Below, one piece after another: positions 13,805-28,380 of a stretch of DNA of 64,000 nt (the stretch's first letter is position 1; each line of letters begins with the position of its first letter). The stretch lies in NCBI RefSeq assembly GCF_009914755.1, contig NC_060938.1; one strand, given 5' to 3'. The notes beneath the pieces were generated by a model, which did no database searches, had not been told where the DNA came from, and saw only the letters and a list, made by a program, of their open reading frames with translations. The stretch is from the human T2T-CHM13v2.0 reference genome, Homo sapiens. The position numbers were made by a program, and so were the translations under genes.

Positions 13805-14929
13805 CTGACCAACATGATGTGTCTTGTTTGGCTAAAATCCTATTTTTTTTTTTTTTTCTGAAGGACTGCATTTTTTTTTCCACAAGTGAGAAGCTATGTC
13901 ATTCATTTCTGGCAAATCATTAAGTCAATGTCTGTTTACGGTAATATCTCTATATCATTGCTTTCATTATCATTTTGACCTATTAGACTTCATATCTGAA
14001 CTATCCCTTCAATCTATTCAAATATATTGAGTGTTTTCTTTATGCAAAGCACTGCCTTAGGTCCTGGGGGCTGTGTAAAATTGGACAGCAACACTAAATA
14101 ATATGACAGCCATGCCAGTTGATGATAATTTCTCCAAAATTTTAAGAAAAGAGTAGATTTCTTTGAAACAAAACAATTGGGCAAGTATTTTCTTTAACTC
14201 ATTAATCAACTAATATTGATGATTCATTATAACCCAAGCACCGCACTAAATTTTGAGGTAGCAAAGCAAGATAATAAATATACAGCAATAGGGGAGATTT
14301 TTCAGTTGTCTTTTATTGTAGACATCTTGCAAATTAATAGATATCATGCACACATTAATGTAGGTGTGATAGTCAATGAAGTTGAAACTAATTCCAGAAC
14401 CAAAGTTTTAATTTAAGCCTAAGATATAACACAATACGTGGATCTTTGAAAAAAATAAGATAGCGTCTCTGAAAAGTAATTAGCCAGTGCCTGATATTTA
14501 ATAAAAACTCATATTTGTGTCCTTTTTCCATAGTAAATAGAAAGAGTTCATATGTATCTAACACTATAAAAATAGTGTTTTCCAAAACTTCATTCTGAAA
14601 GATTATAAGCCATTACATGTTCTGCTAATATTTAGTTACTGTGATATTTTATTTACATTTATTATGTGATAAAAATTAAATGCACTTTAGAGCTTTCCCT
14701 GAAATACAGAAATACTTCTTTGTCCCTCTATGAGGAAAATCACCCTCAAAGTTGCGAGGAACCTAAAGTGGTCAGGCGACAGACTAAACTTTCAGTTGAC
14801 TAGAACCATTATTTATTTGTGTAAATATTCCACCTTTGTGCAGTAAGATGTCTAAAATAACAGGATCCTAAGCCAAAGTTGCAGAGACAGGTAGGAAAAC
14901 TTTCTAGTTTCTGAGCCATATTCTGGTAA

Positions 14930-15080
14930 TGGTTCACTCAGACAATCAAGGGTAATCTCCCTATTCCAAGATCCTTAATTTAATCATATCTACAAATTCT
15001 CTTTTGCCATATAAAGTAATATTTACAAGTTCTAAGAGTAAGGAAGAAGGCATATTTGGGGGCCATTATTCAGCCTACCG
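14930..15080 (-). mobile_element. MLT1 (C/D-like) LTR 5' fragment
   Basis: ggtaatctccctattccaagatccttaatttaatcatatctacaaattctcttttgccatataaagtaatatttacaagtt...gggggccattattcagcctacc. Confidence 0.8.
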
Positions 15081-16092
15081 TAAGTTAGTACTAAGTGATG
15101 ACAATAGAAAGATCAACAATGATGAGAAGAAATATATGCCACATAGCCCAGGGGTCATCTCTGTTTTTCCTAGTGTAACTTTCTTGAGCCCATTGTACAA
15201 GCATGGAATGGGGGGATGGCAGCAGGGAAAGAAGTTTACACATTTAGAATGAGTTTTTCTGACCACCAGTTCTACACTGGATATCTTTTGTAATGGCTTT
15301 TGTGAGTAATTGAAATAGAACACAAAGATCCTCACACCCAATGCCCATTGTAGACAGCCCATTCATACTGATCTTCCCACAGAGCTTATTGTTATTAGTA
15401 TTCCATCTTGTTCTTGTCTTTTCCTTGACCATTCCAACAAACACTCATCATTGCTATGAATCAAAGTGGAAACTTAACTCTCATTATTTCTTCTTTGAAA
15501 GAGAGGAGATAACTAATTGTGCTGTTCAATGTTCTCCCACTGGTTTCTCTTCTCCAGTGTAGGGGTGTAAAGTTGAAGTAGACTGCTTTTGGGTGATGTG
15601 AGAAGTTTATCTGCATTTTTATTCATTTTTAAACTTTATTAGTGAATTTATTGAAAGAAAATTCCCAAGGTCACATTACGTATGGATAGAAGAAAAGATG
15701 GCGATTTTGGTGGTTTAGGAACCATAGAAATCTAAGGCATGCAACTTACTTCTGTCTATAGTATCTAGTGAAACCCAACACCATATATATGATTTCTACT
15801 TTGGCGATGAAATTCTGTTGCCATGGCCAAGTCTATAGTTTTGTAGATTAGATCAGATAACACTCCATTCTTGATGGACAGCTCATTTTCCATAAGCTTG
15901 GTATCTCTGAGACAAAGATTAATCTTAACCAGGACCTGGCAGTATGCCAGATGCTATGTAACAAAAGTTTCGCAGTAAAATCATATTCAGAAGAGGGAGT
16001 GTGCCCTGTGATCCCACAATTGTGGCTTGACAGAAGGATCCACATCTGCTTGGGTCACACTGACCACCAGTGAATCTCCTGGTTATAAGACT

Positions 16093-16474
16093 TGTTTAAG
16101 ACTGCTTTGGGCTGATGTAACAGAATATTTGAGACTGGAACAGACATTTATTTGGCTTACAATTCTGGAGGCTGAGAAGTGCAAAGTTGAGGGGCCCATC
16201 TCTGGTGAGGCCTTGCTTGCTGTGCCATCTCATGCAGAAGGCAGAAGGGCAAGAGAATAGGAACATGTGCACACATGTGAGAATAGGAACATGTGAGGGA
16301 AAGAGAGACAGAACTAGATGCCTTAAGCCCTTTTGTAATCAGCATTAATCCATCAAAGGTGGCTGAGCCCACATGACCTCAACACCTCTCAATAGACCCC
16401 ACTTCTCAGCACTATTGCATTGGGGATTATGTTTTCAACACATGCTTTAGGGAGGACACATTCAAACCATAGCA
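16093..16474 (-). mobile_element. MST (MSTC/D-like) solo LTR
   Basis: tttatttggcttacaattctggaggctgagaagt...ttgcattggggattatgttttcaacacatg...cacattcaaaccatagca. Confidence 0.88.
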
Positions 16475-17955
16475 AGGCCTAAATGAAAAATCAATGTTCA
16501 CTGAGTCTTAGCCTAGTTCAGAATCTTCTCTTGCTTCTCATAGTATAAGTGATTATTCACCACACCAAAATACATGTTCCCTACATACACTCCAAAAATA
16601 TCAAGCATTGTGCCTCTTGCTCAGCAATGAGATTGGAAATTTCAGCATCTATCCCTCATTTTGAAGAAGATATCTTCTTCAAAATGTGTGACATGCCCCA
16701 CATCACCACATACCTAGAAACTTCACCAAAATGGCAGGATTCTTGATTTGTTTTAGCTTCTCACTCAGCTCTGGCATGCATGTCACGTTCTTTTACCAAC
16801 CACGTATGTTATTTAATTTTCTTCAATTGCAGAGGAAAATACAAAAGGGAGAGAATATGATGCTAAGCTGTCAACAATCTGTGGTTCAAATATATTTAGA
16901 GGCAGGAATGTTCTTCTACATCTGTGTTTTTGATGTTTAAGCCAGATGAATGAATGAATGAATAAATGAGTTACAGCCTAGCTCATTTTGTGCACAGTGA
17001 GACTAAACTTTTATAGTATTCTTGAACAGAAAGCGTGACTTGCTTTTCCAGATTGCGTTCTTTGGAATAGATCTACTGCTTTGGAGTCAATGATTTTACC
17101 TCAGGGCTTAACAGTGTAACAATTAAATGACTCAAATCTATCACAGCTCAGGACATACGTGAAAGCCAAGATGATTTTACTGTCACTTTGACATTTTGTC
17201 AATGTCTGTGAATCTGAGCCACCTAGGTCAGCTGTTGATTTGCAGATTGATTCTCTACATCAAGAGGATTTCACTTTCAATTAAGTTGAAGAGCCACTGA
17301 ATCTGGACTTGATGCCTGTTACCTTACCATGTTTTAAATGACTGAAGCAAACTTTTAGCAAACATTTTAAGGTGCCTGTGAGAGCATTTCTAACTTTCAT
17401 TATGGTGTTAAATTTCCAGACATTTCCGGAATTTGGGAATCTGTTTAGTTTATCAGTTAACCAATTTGTTTATTCAAATTATCATTTAATTAATTATTTT
17501 GCCTCCTATATTGCTTCTTTAATACATACCTAAAGAAGTCACTTGGATTAAAGCAGCATGTGTCCTCTGAGATGGTTGTTATGTTCATTCTATTTATTTA
17601 TCCATTAATTCAATAGATATTTCTTGAGAATCTCCTATGTGTCTGGCATTGTTATAAGAAGTTATGAAGACCAAAAACTTTCTTCTGTAGGAGAACTTAC
17701 ATTTCAAGAAGAAGAGATAATACATAGATAAATGAATAATTAAAATGTTAAATGTAACATACAAGTATATAATTAAATATCCTATGCATAGATTTAAATT
17801 AGATAGTGGATAGAGAGTAGCTTTATATTGACTGTTCAACCAAATCTCTATAGGGCAATATATTTTGCCAGGAATCCGAATAAAATGAAGAAAAAAGAAA
17901 AAAAAACTATGCAGAGTTGAGGGAACTGCACTACAGATAGAGGGGCCAGCCATCG

Positions 17956-18171
17956 CAGACGCTGGCAAACTATTTCTATAAAGAGCAAGATAGGAAATAT
18001 TTTGTGACGGGACAGTATCTGTCACAACCACTCAATTCTGCTGTTGTAGCACAAAATTAGCCATCAAACATACAAAAATAAGTGCGTGCTGCCGTGTTCC
18101 AACAAAATGTTATTTACGAAATCAGGCAGTGGGCTTGATTTGGCTCTCAAGCTGTAGTTTACCAATCCCTG
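17956..18171 (+). mobile_element. MER58A (non-autonomous hAT-Charlie DNA transposon)
   Basis: TIR-like ends cagacgctggcaaac / gtttaccaatccctg; internal caaccactcaattctgctgttgtagcacaaaa. Confidence 0.88.
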
Positions 18172-18384
18172 AGCTAGCATAAGGGTCCTAACATTCAAAC
18201 AAACTTGACATGTTAAAAGAAACCCAAAGAAGACTACAATGATTGTACTCTTATAGCTTAGATAAAGAGTGGTATGAAATCAAGTGGAAATCACAGTTGT
18301 GGTAGGTTTATATGGAGAAAATCAAAATAAAAAGATTGGATCATATTTTAAGGTCATGACAAATTGTAAATTAGGTCTCAAATT

Positions 18385-18560
18385 CTTGGTATAAAGGTAT
18401 CCGTAATTCCTTTTGTATGCTCGGTGTGCCCCTCCTGTCTGTTTTGGGCTTGGACTCACGCATGTGTTGGCCAATGGCATGGTAGCAATTGTGACACACG
18501 AGGAAGCTTGACCAGCTCTTGTCCAATGGAGCAAATTTTCCTTTATGCTTCCAGGAAGCA
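18385..18560 (+). mobile_element. MLT1 (E/F/G/H-like) LTR fragment
   Basis: gggcttggactcacgcatgtgttggccaatggcatggtagcaattgtgacac. Confidence 0.5.
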
Positions 18561-19596
18561 TTTTCATTTATAAAAGTTCAAGTTCACTCTGGCTGCTCAA
18601 GGAATAATTGATTACAAAGTGACAAGAGTGAAAACACGGTGACTTGTTAAGTCTATCCCAATAGTAGAGAAAGATTATGATGACCCAGATTTGGGTCATG
18701 TTGGAGTGATTCTATAGATTTGGGGGTATAATCAACAACATTTTACGGTGGGTTGGACGTAAGAAGTAAGAAAATAAGAGAAATCTGGGATTGCATAAGA
18801 ATATCACAATCAATGTAATAGAATGGTAATGTTGGATTGTGAGATGAAGAAAGTCTGAGGGTCAACTATTTTTGAAATCAATTACAATTAAGAGATATGT
18901 TCTAGTCCATTTGACTTTGATGATCAATGTGATACTTAGAACCAAAACGAATTTCTAGTTTCATGGATAATTTAGTCTTTCTTCTGAGTCACTAGAGCCT
19001 ATACCCTTTAGGTCTTCATGGAAAGATGCCAAATTTAGTCTAATACTTAACGTTTCCAAGAAAACAATATTAAGATGTAACAAATGGAACAGTGAAGAGA
19101 GAATGGATGCTGAGGTAGAAAAAGCTGAACTCCTTCAGAATTACACCTAAAAGTTTTTGTCATAAATCTAGTTTTACTCCTGTTTTTAGCTATATTTATG
19201 TACCTCAAAATGTATACTTTATACATAATAAGTGCAGTTTTGGGGAATGAGAATGTAATCTCCTTTTAAAAGAAGAGACTATGGAAAATACTGAGAATCC
19301 TGGCTCCACTATTAACTGACTCTGATCTTAGACAAGTTGTGTAACCTCTCCCTCTCAATTTCCTTCTATACATAATAAAATTTATTATTTAAAGTTCTTT
19401 TGAGATGTTATTGTTTTAGATTTATTGCTTTTTTTTTTCTTTTATTTTGGAGACATGGTCTCTCCTTGTCTTGCACAGGCTGGAGTGCAGTGGCGCAATC
19501 ACAGCTCAAAACTAAAGAACCAACTCCTGGACTCAAGGATTCTCCCACCTCAGCCTCCCTAATAGCTGAGACTACAGGCATGTATCACCATGCCTG

Positions 19597-19597
<1 letters not shown>

Positions 19598-19633
<36 letters not shown>

Positions 19634-19643
19634 ACACACACAC

Positions 19644-19681
<38 letters not shown>

Positions 19682-19734
19682 ATATATATATACACACTCA
19701 CACACACATATATATATATACACACATATATATA

Positions 19735-19769
<35 letters not shown>

Positions 19770-19772
19770 GTA
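19598..19772. repeat. complex (TA)n/(CA)n/(TG)n microsatellite, 175 bp
   Basis: Read directly; lies at the tail position of the Alu at 19773-20055. Confidence 0.95.
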
Positions 19773-20055
<283 letters not shown>

Positions 20056-20279
20056 TGAATATATGTATTTTTTATTTTCGTAAATACTGGGTCTTGCCTT
20101 AGCCTCTCCTAGTGCTGGGATTATATTTTACTTTTATTAGATACCATTTATAATATACAAAGTTTCCCCCTTTTTAATTAGTATAAAATTCAACTTTTTG
20201 AACATAACCTGAGGAGTGCTTCATGATGGGCTTGTGTCCACATTAATAACTCCAATTCTGTTCATTTTCCTTCTTTCTT

Positions 20280-20650
20280 ATTGCCCTTCAACCACGGAGG
20301 CTTTTGTCTTTGCCTCTGAAACATACCCCTGTGTTCCTTATCTCTGAGGCTTTGTACTCTGCTCAGTTTCACGAGGTATAATTGTCTGTGATCTGTAGGA
20401 TGCTAATTTAAATATCACCTACTTATGGAGGTTTTATCCATTCACTCAGATGCTCTATTCCAGGACTTTTCTATTTAGAACTAACTCATTAGCTGATACT
20501 ATTTAATCCATTTAATAGTGCCATCTTTCTTTCTCACTGGACTATAAGTTCTATGAGACCATGGAAGTTGGTCTTGTTTATCAAAAAGTGAGGGCAGAGC
20601 AAAGCCTGAATCATGATGGACAATATGTATCGGATGGTAAATGAATTGAT
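20280..20650 (+). mobile_element. L2 3' end
   Basis: actggactataagttctatgagaccatggaagttggtcttgttt...aaatgaattgatgaa. Confidence 0.6.
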
Positions 20651-20790
20651 GAAATACCCCATCATCTTCAATACAGTTATTTCCATCATACATATAGTTA
20701 ATATTATTTCTGCTATGGTTGAAATACCCCATCATCTTCAATACAGTTATTTACGTCATACATATAGTTAATATTATTTCTGCTATGGTT
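20651..20790. repeat. 70-bp tandem duplication (2 copies, 68/70 identical)
   Basis: gaaataccccatcatcttcaatacagttattt(cca/acg)tcatacatatagttaatattatttctgctatggtt x2. Confidence 0.97.
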
Positions 20791-21164
20791 ATCATTTTGA
20801 GATAGAATTTCTATATTCTTCATTGGTTTTCACTTTAAATAGAATGCTCAGGAAAAGTCTCTCAAAGATGCTGTCCTTATTTATTTCTACTTCCAGTGGA
20901 ACTTATTTTCTCTGTAACAGAACCAATTAGTCTAGCAAGCTTGGGTTTGACAGAACAGTGTTCCAGTCGTCAACCATTTCTACAATTTAGCAAGCCGTCT
21001 TAGATATTTGGGCCCTGATTTCTACTTTACTGGTACAAAAATCTTTTTCATAGTCCCTTGCCACTATAGGCCACATTTCCACTCATTCACTTCATTTCTC
21101 CCTTCTTCTCTCTCTCCTCCCCTGCCTTCCTTTCTTATTTCCTGCACTTCCACCTTCCTGCCAC

Positions 21165-22140
21165 TAGAGATAGAACAGCAAACAAGACAGAAAACCCTTC
21201 TGCTCTAGTGGAGCTTGCATTCAAGAAGAAAAGACAGGCAACCAAATACATGAGGGAACCATAGATCTATATTAGTAGAAAGCATTCCAGGCAAAGGGGG
21301 CAGGAAGTATAAGTATCCTGAGGTGCCAGTGTGCTTGGCATATTCAAGTCAAACAAGGATGGCAGCTTAGTAAGTAGGGAAGGTGTTGGAAATGCTGTTG
21401 GAGATGTAACCAGTAGTTAGACCATGTAGGACCTCTGTATTTTACTATAAATATACAGAAAAAGATTAAAATGTTTTGACAAGAAAATGGCTTAATCCGA
21501 TATACATTCTGACAGGATTGCTCTGGTTACTGTGTAAGCCACAGACGTCAGGGGGCAAAGGTAGAGGCAAGAAACCAGACAGGAGGCTCCTGTAGTAGTC
21601 CAGGCAAGAGAAGATAATGGTTATGATCTTCAATCATAAAGATGTTGAGTATTGGAATACATTTTTAAGTTACAACCAGCAGAATTTGCTTATGAATTAG
21701 TTATGGGCTACGAGAGAAAGATAAATCAAGAATGATTCTACCATTCTTACCATTTCTCAACAACATGGTAAATGGCAATGTTATTTATTTAAAAGGGGAA
21801 TAGTTGATTTGGCTAGAAAATCAAGAGTTCAGTGTTGACATGTTAAGTTTGAGATGTTTCGTAGATTTGTAGTTCTATGTAAATCTAGAGTTCAAGAAAA
21901 AGATGGGTATGTAGCTGTCAATTTGAGAGATATCTGTGTAGAGATTGTGTTAAACATCCATGGGATTGAATAAAGTCACAAGAAGTCTAAGTGTAGCTGA
22001 GAAAGAGGCTAGAGGATTAATTCTGGGCTTCTCCTTCAAAGAGGAAGAAAATGATATTGACTGAGACAATAAGACAAATGATGAGACTGAGACAATAAGC
22101 CATTGAGATGGAAGGAAAACCAAGAATGGTTTTCAGTCTT
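21165..22140 (-). mobile_element. L2 (L2a-like)
   Basis: aacaagacagaaaacccttctgctctagtggagcttgcattc...gcattccaggcaaaggg...caagagttcagtgttgacatgttaagtttgagatg. Confidence 0.85.
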
Positions 22141-24858
22141 GGTAAGGAAATACATGTGAAGGCTGAAGCCATGAGAAGAGGCTGCTTGACTGTTTTCTCT
22201 CTTACTAGGTACTATCCAACCATTCTACCTGCATCTCTCTTTCTCACCATGTAATTACTATGGCTAATTTACCTTCTGGTAGATTCTATGTTCACTACCA
22301 GAATGAGTTGTTGGCAGAGAGCCAATCCTCTGACAACTTCACCTGAGAGCGATTTTTATTATCTCTAACATATGAAAGAATATAAGATGCAATTTTGAAC
22401 AACTGGATATGTTACCTGAATTACCTCTTCTACGGTTGGGGATCATTGTGCTTTTCTAACTAAATCCATGCTAGTCCAATGAGATGATACATTTCAAAGC
22501 TCTTGGAATATTATAAGTAATGCCAGGATTCATTGCTATATTTGTAAAAGAAGATAATGGTAGTGAAGAAAGACAAGGAAAAGGAAATTATAAAGTTTAT
22601 TTATTTTTTTTATTTAGAATGAATCACTGACTGTGCTTAGTTTCTATTCCTTTTCTTTAACATGAGTTTTCAACTTTGCTACTCATAAGTTTAAGTCTTA
22701 TAAAGTGTTTCCTGCTGAAATGCCACGCTGACTGGAATTCGGCAGCAAATAAATATTGCTGTCCTCACTAATTTGAAACAGTATGAGTTTTAAACCTCTA
22801 GCTGCGGGAGATTTATTAAGATTACAATTTTCATCACCATCCCTTCAGTCCATCAAGATAGGTCAAAGCTGTATAAACTTAAAAAAAAAACCTACCAGCA
22901 ATTTCCATTCTTTTAGACTATGTTTCCTGAACCGTCAATATTGTTAGAAGCACAAACTTGAAGTCAATGAAACGCATATTCACATAGCTTTGTAAATAAC
23001 TGAATCTGTTTTTGGATGGAATAAAAATTGTTGAGTATTTAATTTAATTATAATTCTATGAACACAAAGTTCCTCTTGGTAAAAAAGACATGTTGGTGAC
23101 ACATCAAATTATGATTATGCTTATTTTCTAAATAGTCACTTTAAAATAACTAAGTAAAAATAAATATATATAATCCTGTTATTTATTCTGAAATGGTGAA
23201 TATTAGAAAGGTATTCTTTTCAACTATTGTGATTTTCTAAGTACCATTTCACTAAGTTATCCAATTATTTTACATATTAAGTTAGAGTAATTGGCCTCTG
23301 GTAAATAATCAAATGGCTAATAACTCGCGTAATCTACCACTTGAGTTCATTAATACTCAAGTAAAATGTGTTTCAAAATACTTTAATATTTATAATGGGC
23401 AAGGCATAGAAATATCTTGAGCGGAAAATACTAGAACGGTTTGAGAAATACAACTTTTGGAACAAGAGCCAGCACCTGACCCCTCTCTTCTTGGATAGGT
23501 TTAATTAAAACACAAGTAAGTGTTAATGCTATACCTAATAGACCAGTCATAATCATTAAATTTTGTGAACAAATTGGATCTTTATGTAAAAAATACAATG
23601 TTAAAGGCATTGATTGAGTCTTTTTCTAAGATCCTACAGTGAATACTTTTATAAGACAAAAAATTAGATACCTTTTAAAGCTAATGATCAATTAAATAAT
23701 TCAATAATCCCTGATACGTAACATTTTAGTCAATATTTATTCAGCAAGTGAATACATCTATCATATGTCTAAATTTTCAGATTGAAATTACTTACTGTTA
23801 GTGACATATGCATATTTAGGTATTGAAATGAGCAGTAGATTTCAAGAAAATTATCCTATAGATTTTGTGAAGGTAATATTTTAATTGTATTAATAAAACT
23901 TAAGAGAAAGTTTTTCACTTATCAAGTTTACCTTTTACCCACGTATCTTTTCCCTCTGGAAACAATTGTTTTATTTTTATAATTTTTGAGATTGCTTAGG
24001 CAAGTAGGAACTGCACTGACCCATTTGTCACTTGTGACCCTAAATAAACCACTTGACTTTTTTATGCCTTCTTTGTTGCCTTTGAAAACTGATTAAAAAG
24101 GTTCAAAATTTATGTGGTAAAACTCCTCCCACTCATTACTCTTTTGCTTACTTTCATAAACTGCTCCATAAACTCAAGAAGTAAATATAGCAGCATAGCA
24201 TTAACTGCCATAGCTCCTTTATAACTTATGAAGAGAGAATCTAATACTGCAATATCGAGCTGCTCTACTCTTGAATTGTCCAAGAATTCCAGGTACCTGG
24301 TCAGAGGGTCACTTCTATTTGTGCCTGTCTTTTTGAGGCAGGCAGACAGGAAAGCAATTTGGATACATTTCCATTTTTTCTCACTGTCCAAAAGAGTCTG
24401 CATTGAAGACTAACAGTGCCTCATCTCATAAACCTCGTCTACTCATTGAAGATGCCAGGTCCGTGGGACCAAACACAGGGTCTGCATTTATCTCTCACTC
24501 TCTCTCTCTCAGATGTTCTCATTCATATTCTTCCACAAAGTACAACATCTTGGCCTGACAGCTGTATTCAGAGGACTCCTCTGCCTCAGCTGTGCTGGGT
24601 GACAGCACTAATCTTCACCCTGGACCCTTAAGCCATTGTAATGAACCTAGGTTACTAGTCAGTTTTATTTACTCAAAACATTTTATTTCAGGATTCTGTC
24701 ATTGAGTTTTGATTGGGTTCTCTCTGCTTCCCTGCAAATTTTCATTCTGGGAAGCAGGATCTGCTATCTTTTACTTTAGGAGTCACTGAGATTTGAAGCA
24801 AATTGAGCTGTCCAGAAGGTAAGTATCTCAGGTAACCTCATCAAAAGTTTCCATAGTC

Positions 24859-25353
<495 letters not shown>

Positions 25354-25446
25354 GTTTTTTTATGTATTCTATGGCTAATGAATATTATCTACACGAGAAG
25401 GTCTGTTTCAAGAGGCCCTCAGTCGCCACTATGGTCATAAGAGATC

Positions 25447-25755
<309 letters not shown>

Positions 25756-26869
25756 TAATCCCCTCAATAAGTACTTCATTTGATCTTTCCTTAAACTGTT
25801 ATTATAAGAGTTGTTTATATCAGAACATTGTGAATTCTAAAATGTTCTATCTATTCATACTAAGAAAATTCAAATTCTATCCATATTACCAAGTAGTGTG
25901 GTCCACATGGGGAAATGAGTCCTTTAGTCAGTGAATTCCTCATCTGCAAATTACAGATAGAATTTATGCAAGTACAGAAAATGATTGGTCTGTAATAATT
26001 AAAGGATGTTGTATATACCTGTCTTATTCATGTTATTATCTTTAATGTTTAATATTATTATATGCTAATTTTTAATTCAATGAAATTTATTTAAAAATTT
26101 AAATGAATGATTTAAGATGATTATTTTCTTAGTGTACCGAGTTTACTCATTTTTAAATTCAAACAAGTATTAGGTAATTCTTATAAAACATTAAAAAGTG
26201 CTGGCTCCAGTCAAATCAAACTGTCAGCATGCTAATAAGCGGCCTTTAAAATAAACTACCAACACTTACTTCTTTTAAGTAGTGATGACAGTTGAATGCA
26301 AATTATAATAATTTGAGTATTTCAATTACAGTTGAAAATACTAGTCCGTAGAAAAATAGACAGTTTCCTACTGTATGTGTATGACTAGAGCTTCATCCCC
26401 ATATTATAAAGTGTCTCTTGGGATTTTATAACTTCATCTTATTACTTTTGTCCTACAACCTAATTTTGCACCCACACTTCCTTTTTAAAATTATTTTTAA
26501 AAGAAAAGTATAGTGTTGCTCATTACTACAGCTCTGGGTGAACATATAGCAACCCTCTATGGTACCCCCTCTACTTCAAGCGGCTGAATAAGGGAAATTT
26601 CTGACACAGATTATGTATGTCAGGACGGGGCAAAAAGTACTCCAGGTGGTATCAAGAAGCTTTTGTGTGTACGTGTGGTGGGCGGTGGGGGTGGCATATA
26701 CAAGGACACATAACAATTTCACAGATTAGCTCTATCTCTTGATTTTTCTTGAAAATGAGCCGCCTTCCTTTCCTTTCTTTCTTGCACCTTGTCTTTTGTC
26801 AAAAGGTTAAACTTTGGTTTCCTTTCCCAGATCTCCTTCTTTTTTTATCAGTTGTATAGTATAAAGCAT

Positions 26870-27090
26870 TGTGTAGTGTGAAGGTAGTAGCACTGAACAA
26901 AATGATTAAATTTGAAGTCTTATCCCACCATTTATTACTTCATAACATTAAATAAGTTTTCACCTTTAATCTCTTTATCTCAACTACATGACATTACTCC
27001 ACTGGACATCATCATCTTCTTATATGATGTTACATTAATTGTGAAAATCCTGCTTCACGGTTAATTTCCAATGAATGTCAGCTGAATATA
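26870..27090 (+). mobile_element. MIR, degenerate
   Basis: gcattgtgtagtgtgaagg...cccaccatttattacttcataacattaaataagtt. Confidence 0.45.
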
Positions 27091-27329
27091 AATAGGCATT
27101 GGTGTATGGTTATATAAATAATGTTGGCTATATTTGAAGAGGAAGTATTATTTGTATTGTATGTGATTTTTGATGGGTTTTTAATTATATGTCTTGTCAA
27201 ATTTTACATCAATTTAAACTGATTAATGTATTTATCGGATATTTCTCAAGTCTCTAGTATTTATTACACTGTGCTACAAAACATGGCATAGGAAACTCAG
27301 CCTGAAAAAAATAGCTACGAGTGTTCTCC

Positions 27330-27475
27330 CCATTTTTGTCAGCTTTACCTCTTCTTTGCTCCCAGAGACTATTTGAGCTTAGGGATTGTATTTCTTTCAC
27401 TGTCTTATCCACAGATTTTGTCTCATAACACATTCTCAATAAATATTTATTTAAAGAAGAGATGGTTGAATAAAG
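27330..27475 (+). mobile_element. L2 3' end fragment
   Basis: agggattgtattctttcactgtcttatcc...ctcaataaatatttatt. Confidence 0.55.
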
Positions 27476-27985
27476 CTGGGAGAATTTAAGGGAGTTACTG
27501 ATTTAGGACAGATGTGAGTGGATGCTCAGGCAGAGCTGATGTGCCTCAAGCTTTTTTTCTTCCAAAGGCTTGAACTTTTTTTTCTGCTATGAATTTAAGC
27601 ACCCAATTGTATCAGCTACAATTTGAGCATCACTTTTACAAACAACAGCACCTACAAAGGAGTTGAAATTGACTATACTTGCATTAATAAAAACTAATAT
27701 ATTTGTGTGCATTTTCTTCTCCAAATTGTAGATACCAGAAGTATTGTAATTAAAACAAAATTAGTTTTCTTTTCTTCCTACCCCTCACTAAACATTGCCA
27801 CACTAAAGCAATGGGATTCTAGGGAGGAGATTAAGACCTATTTGAGATCCTTGATGGAACTGGGTGGACTTTTTAGTGAGCCTCTCTGTGCCATTTAAGT
27901 GAAGAGCTTAACCAGTTTGCATTCAAGTTTAATACAAACAATGGTCAAAAAGGACAAAGAAGGGCATTACATAATAATAAAGCAT

Positions 27986-28380
27986 TCTTTTTTATTTTTT
28001 AATTATGGCTATTCTTGTAGGGTTAAGGTGGTATCTCATTGTGGTTTTAGTTTGCATTTCCCTGATAATTAGTGATGTTGAGTATTTTTCATATGTTTTT
28101 TGGCCATTTGCATATCTTCTTCTGAGAATTGTCTATCCATATCTTCAGCCTTTGATGGGATTATTTGTTTTTTTTCTTGCTGATTTGTTGGAGTTCATAG
28201 TAGATTCTGGATATTAGTCCCTTGTTGGATGCATAGTTTAGCAAATATTTTCTCCCATTCTGTAGGTTGTCTGTTTATTCTGTTGATTATTATTTTGCTG
28301 TGCACAATCCTTTTAGTTTAATTAGGTCCCATGTATTTATTTTTGTTTTTGTTGCATTTGTTTTTCAGATCCTGGTCACA
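27986..28380 (-). mobile_element. L1PB inverted 5' segment (twin priming)
   Basis: Reverse-strand ORF2 3' region: ggtggtatctcattgtggttttagtttgcatttccctgataattagtgatgttgag. Confidence 0.92.

Larger units (their letters stand above)
17585..18930 (-). mobile_element. L2 with nested MER58A and an MLT1-like fragment
   Basis: ttcaatagatatttcttgagaatctcctatgtgtctggcattgtt (L2 3' end, reverse); aaaagttcaagttcactctggctgct. Confidence 0.7.

Noticed and set aside
20651-20790. Possible CRISPR-like or other repeat-spacer array (also 59898-59960)
   Set aside because: Contiguous tandem copies with no spacers, in primate DNA.
22274-22303. 9-bp hairpin ttctggtag…ctaccagaa (a similar 8-bp one lies near 23339-23362)
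   Set aside because: Stems this short are expected by chance in 64 kb and are too short for a miRNA precursor.
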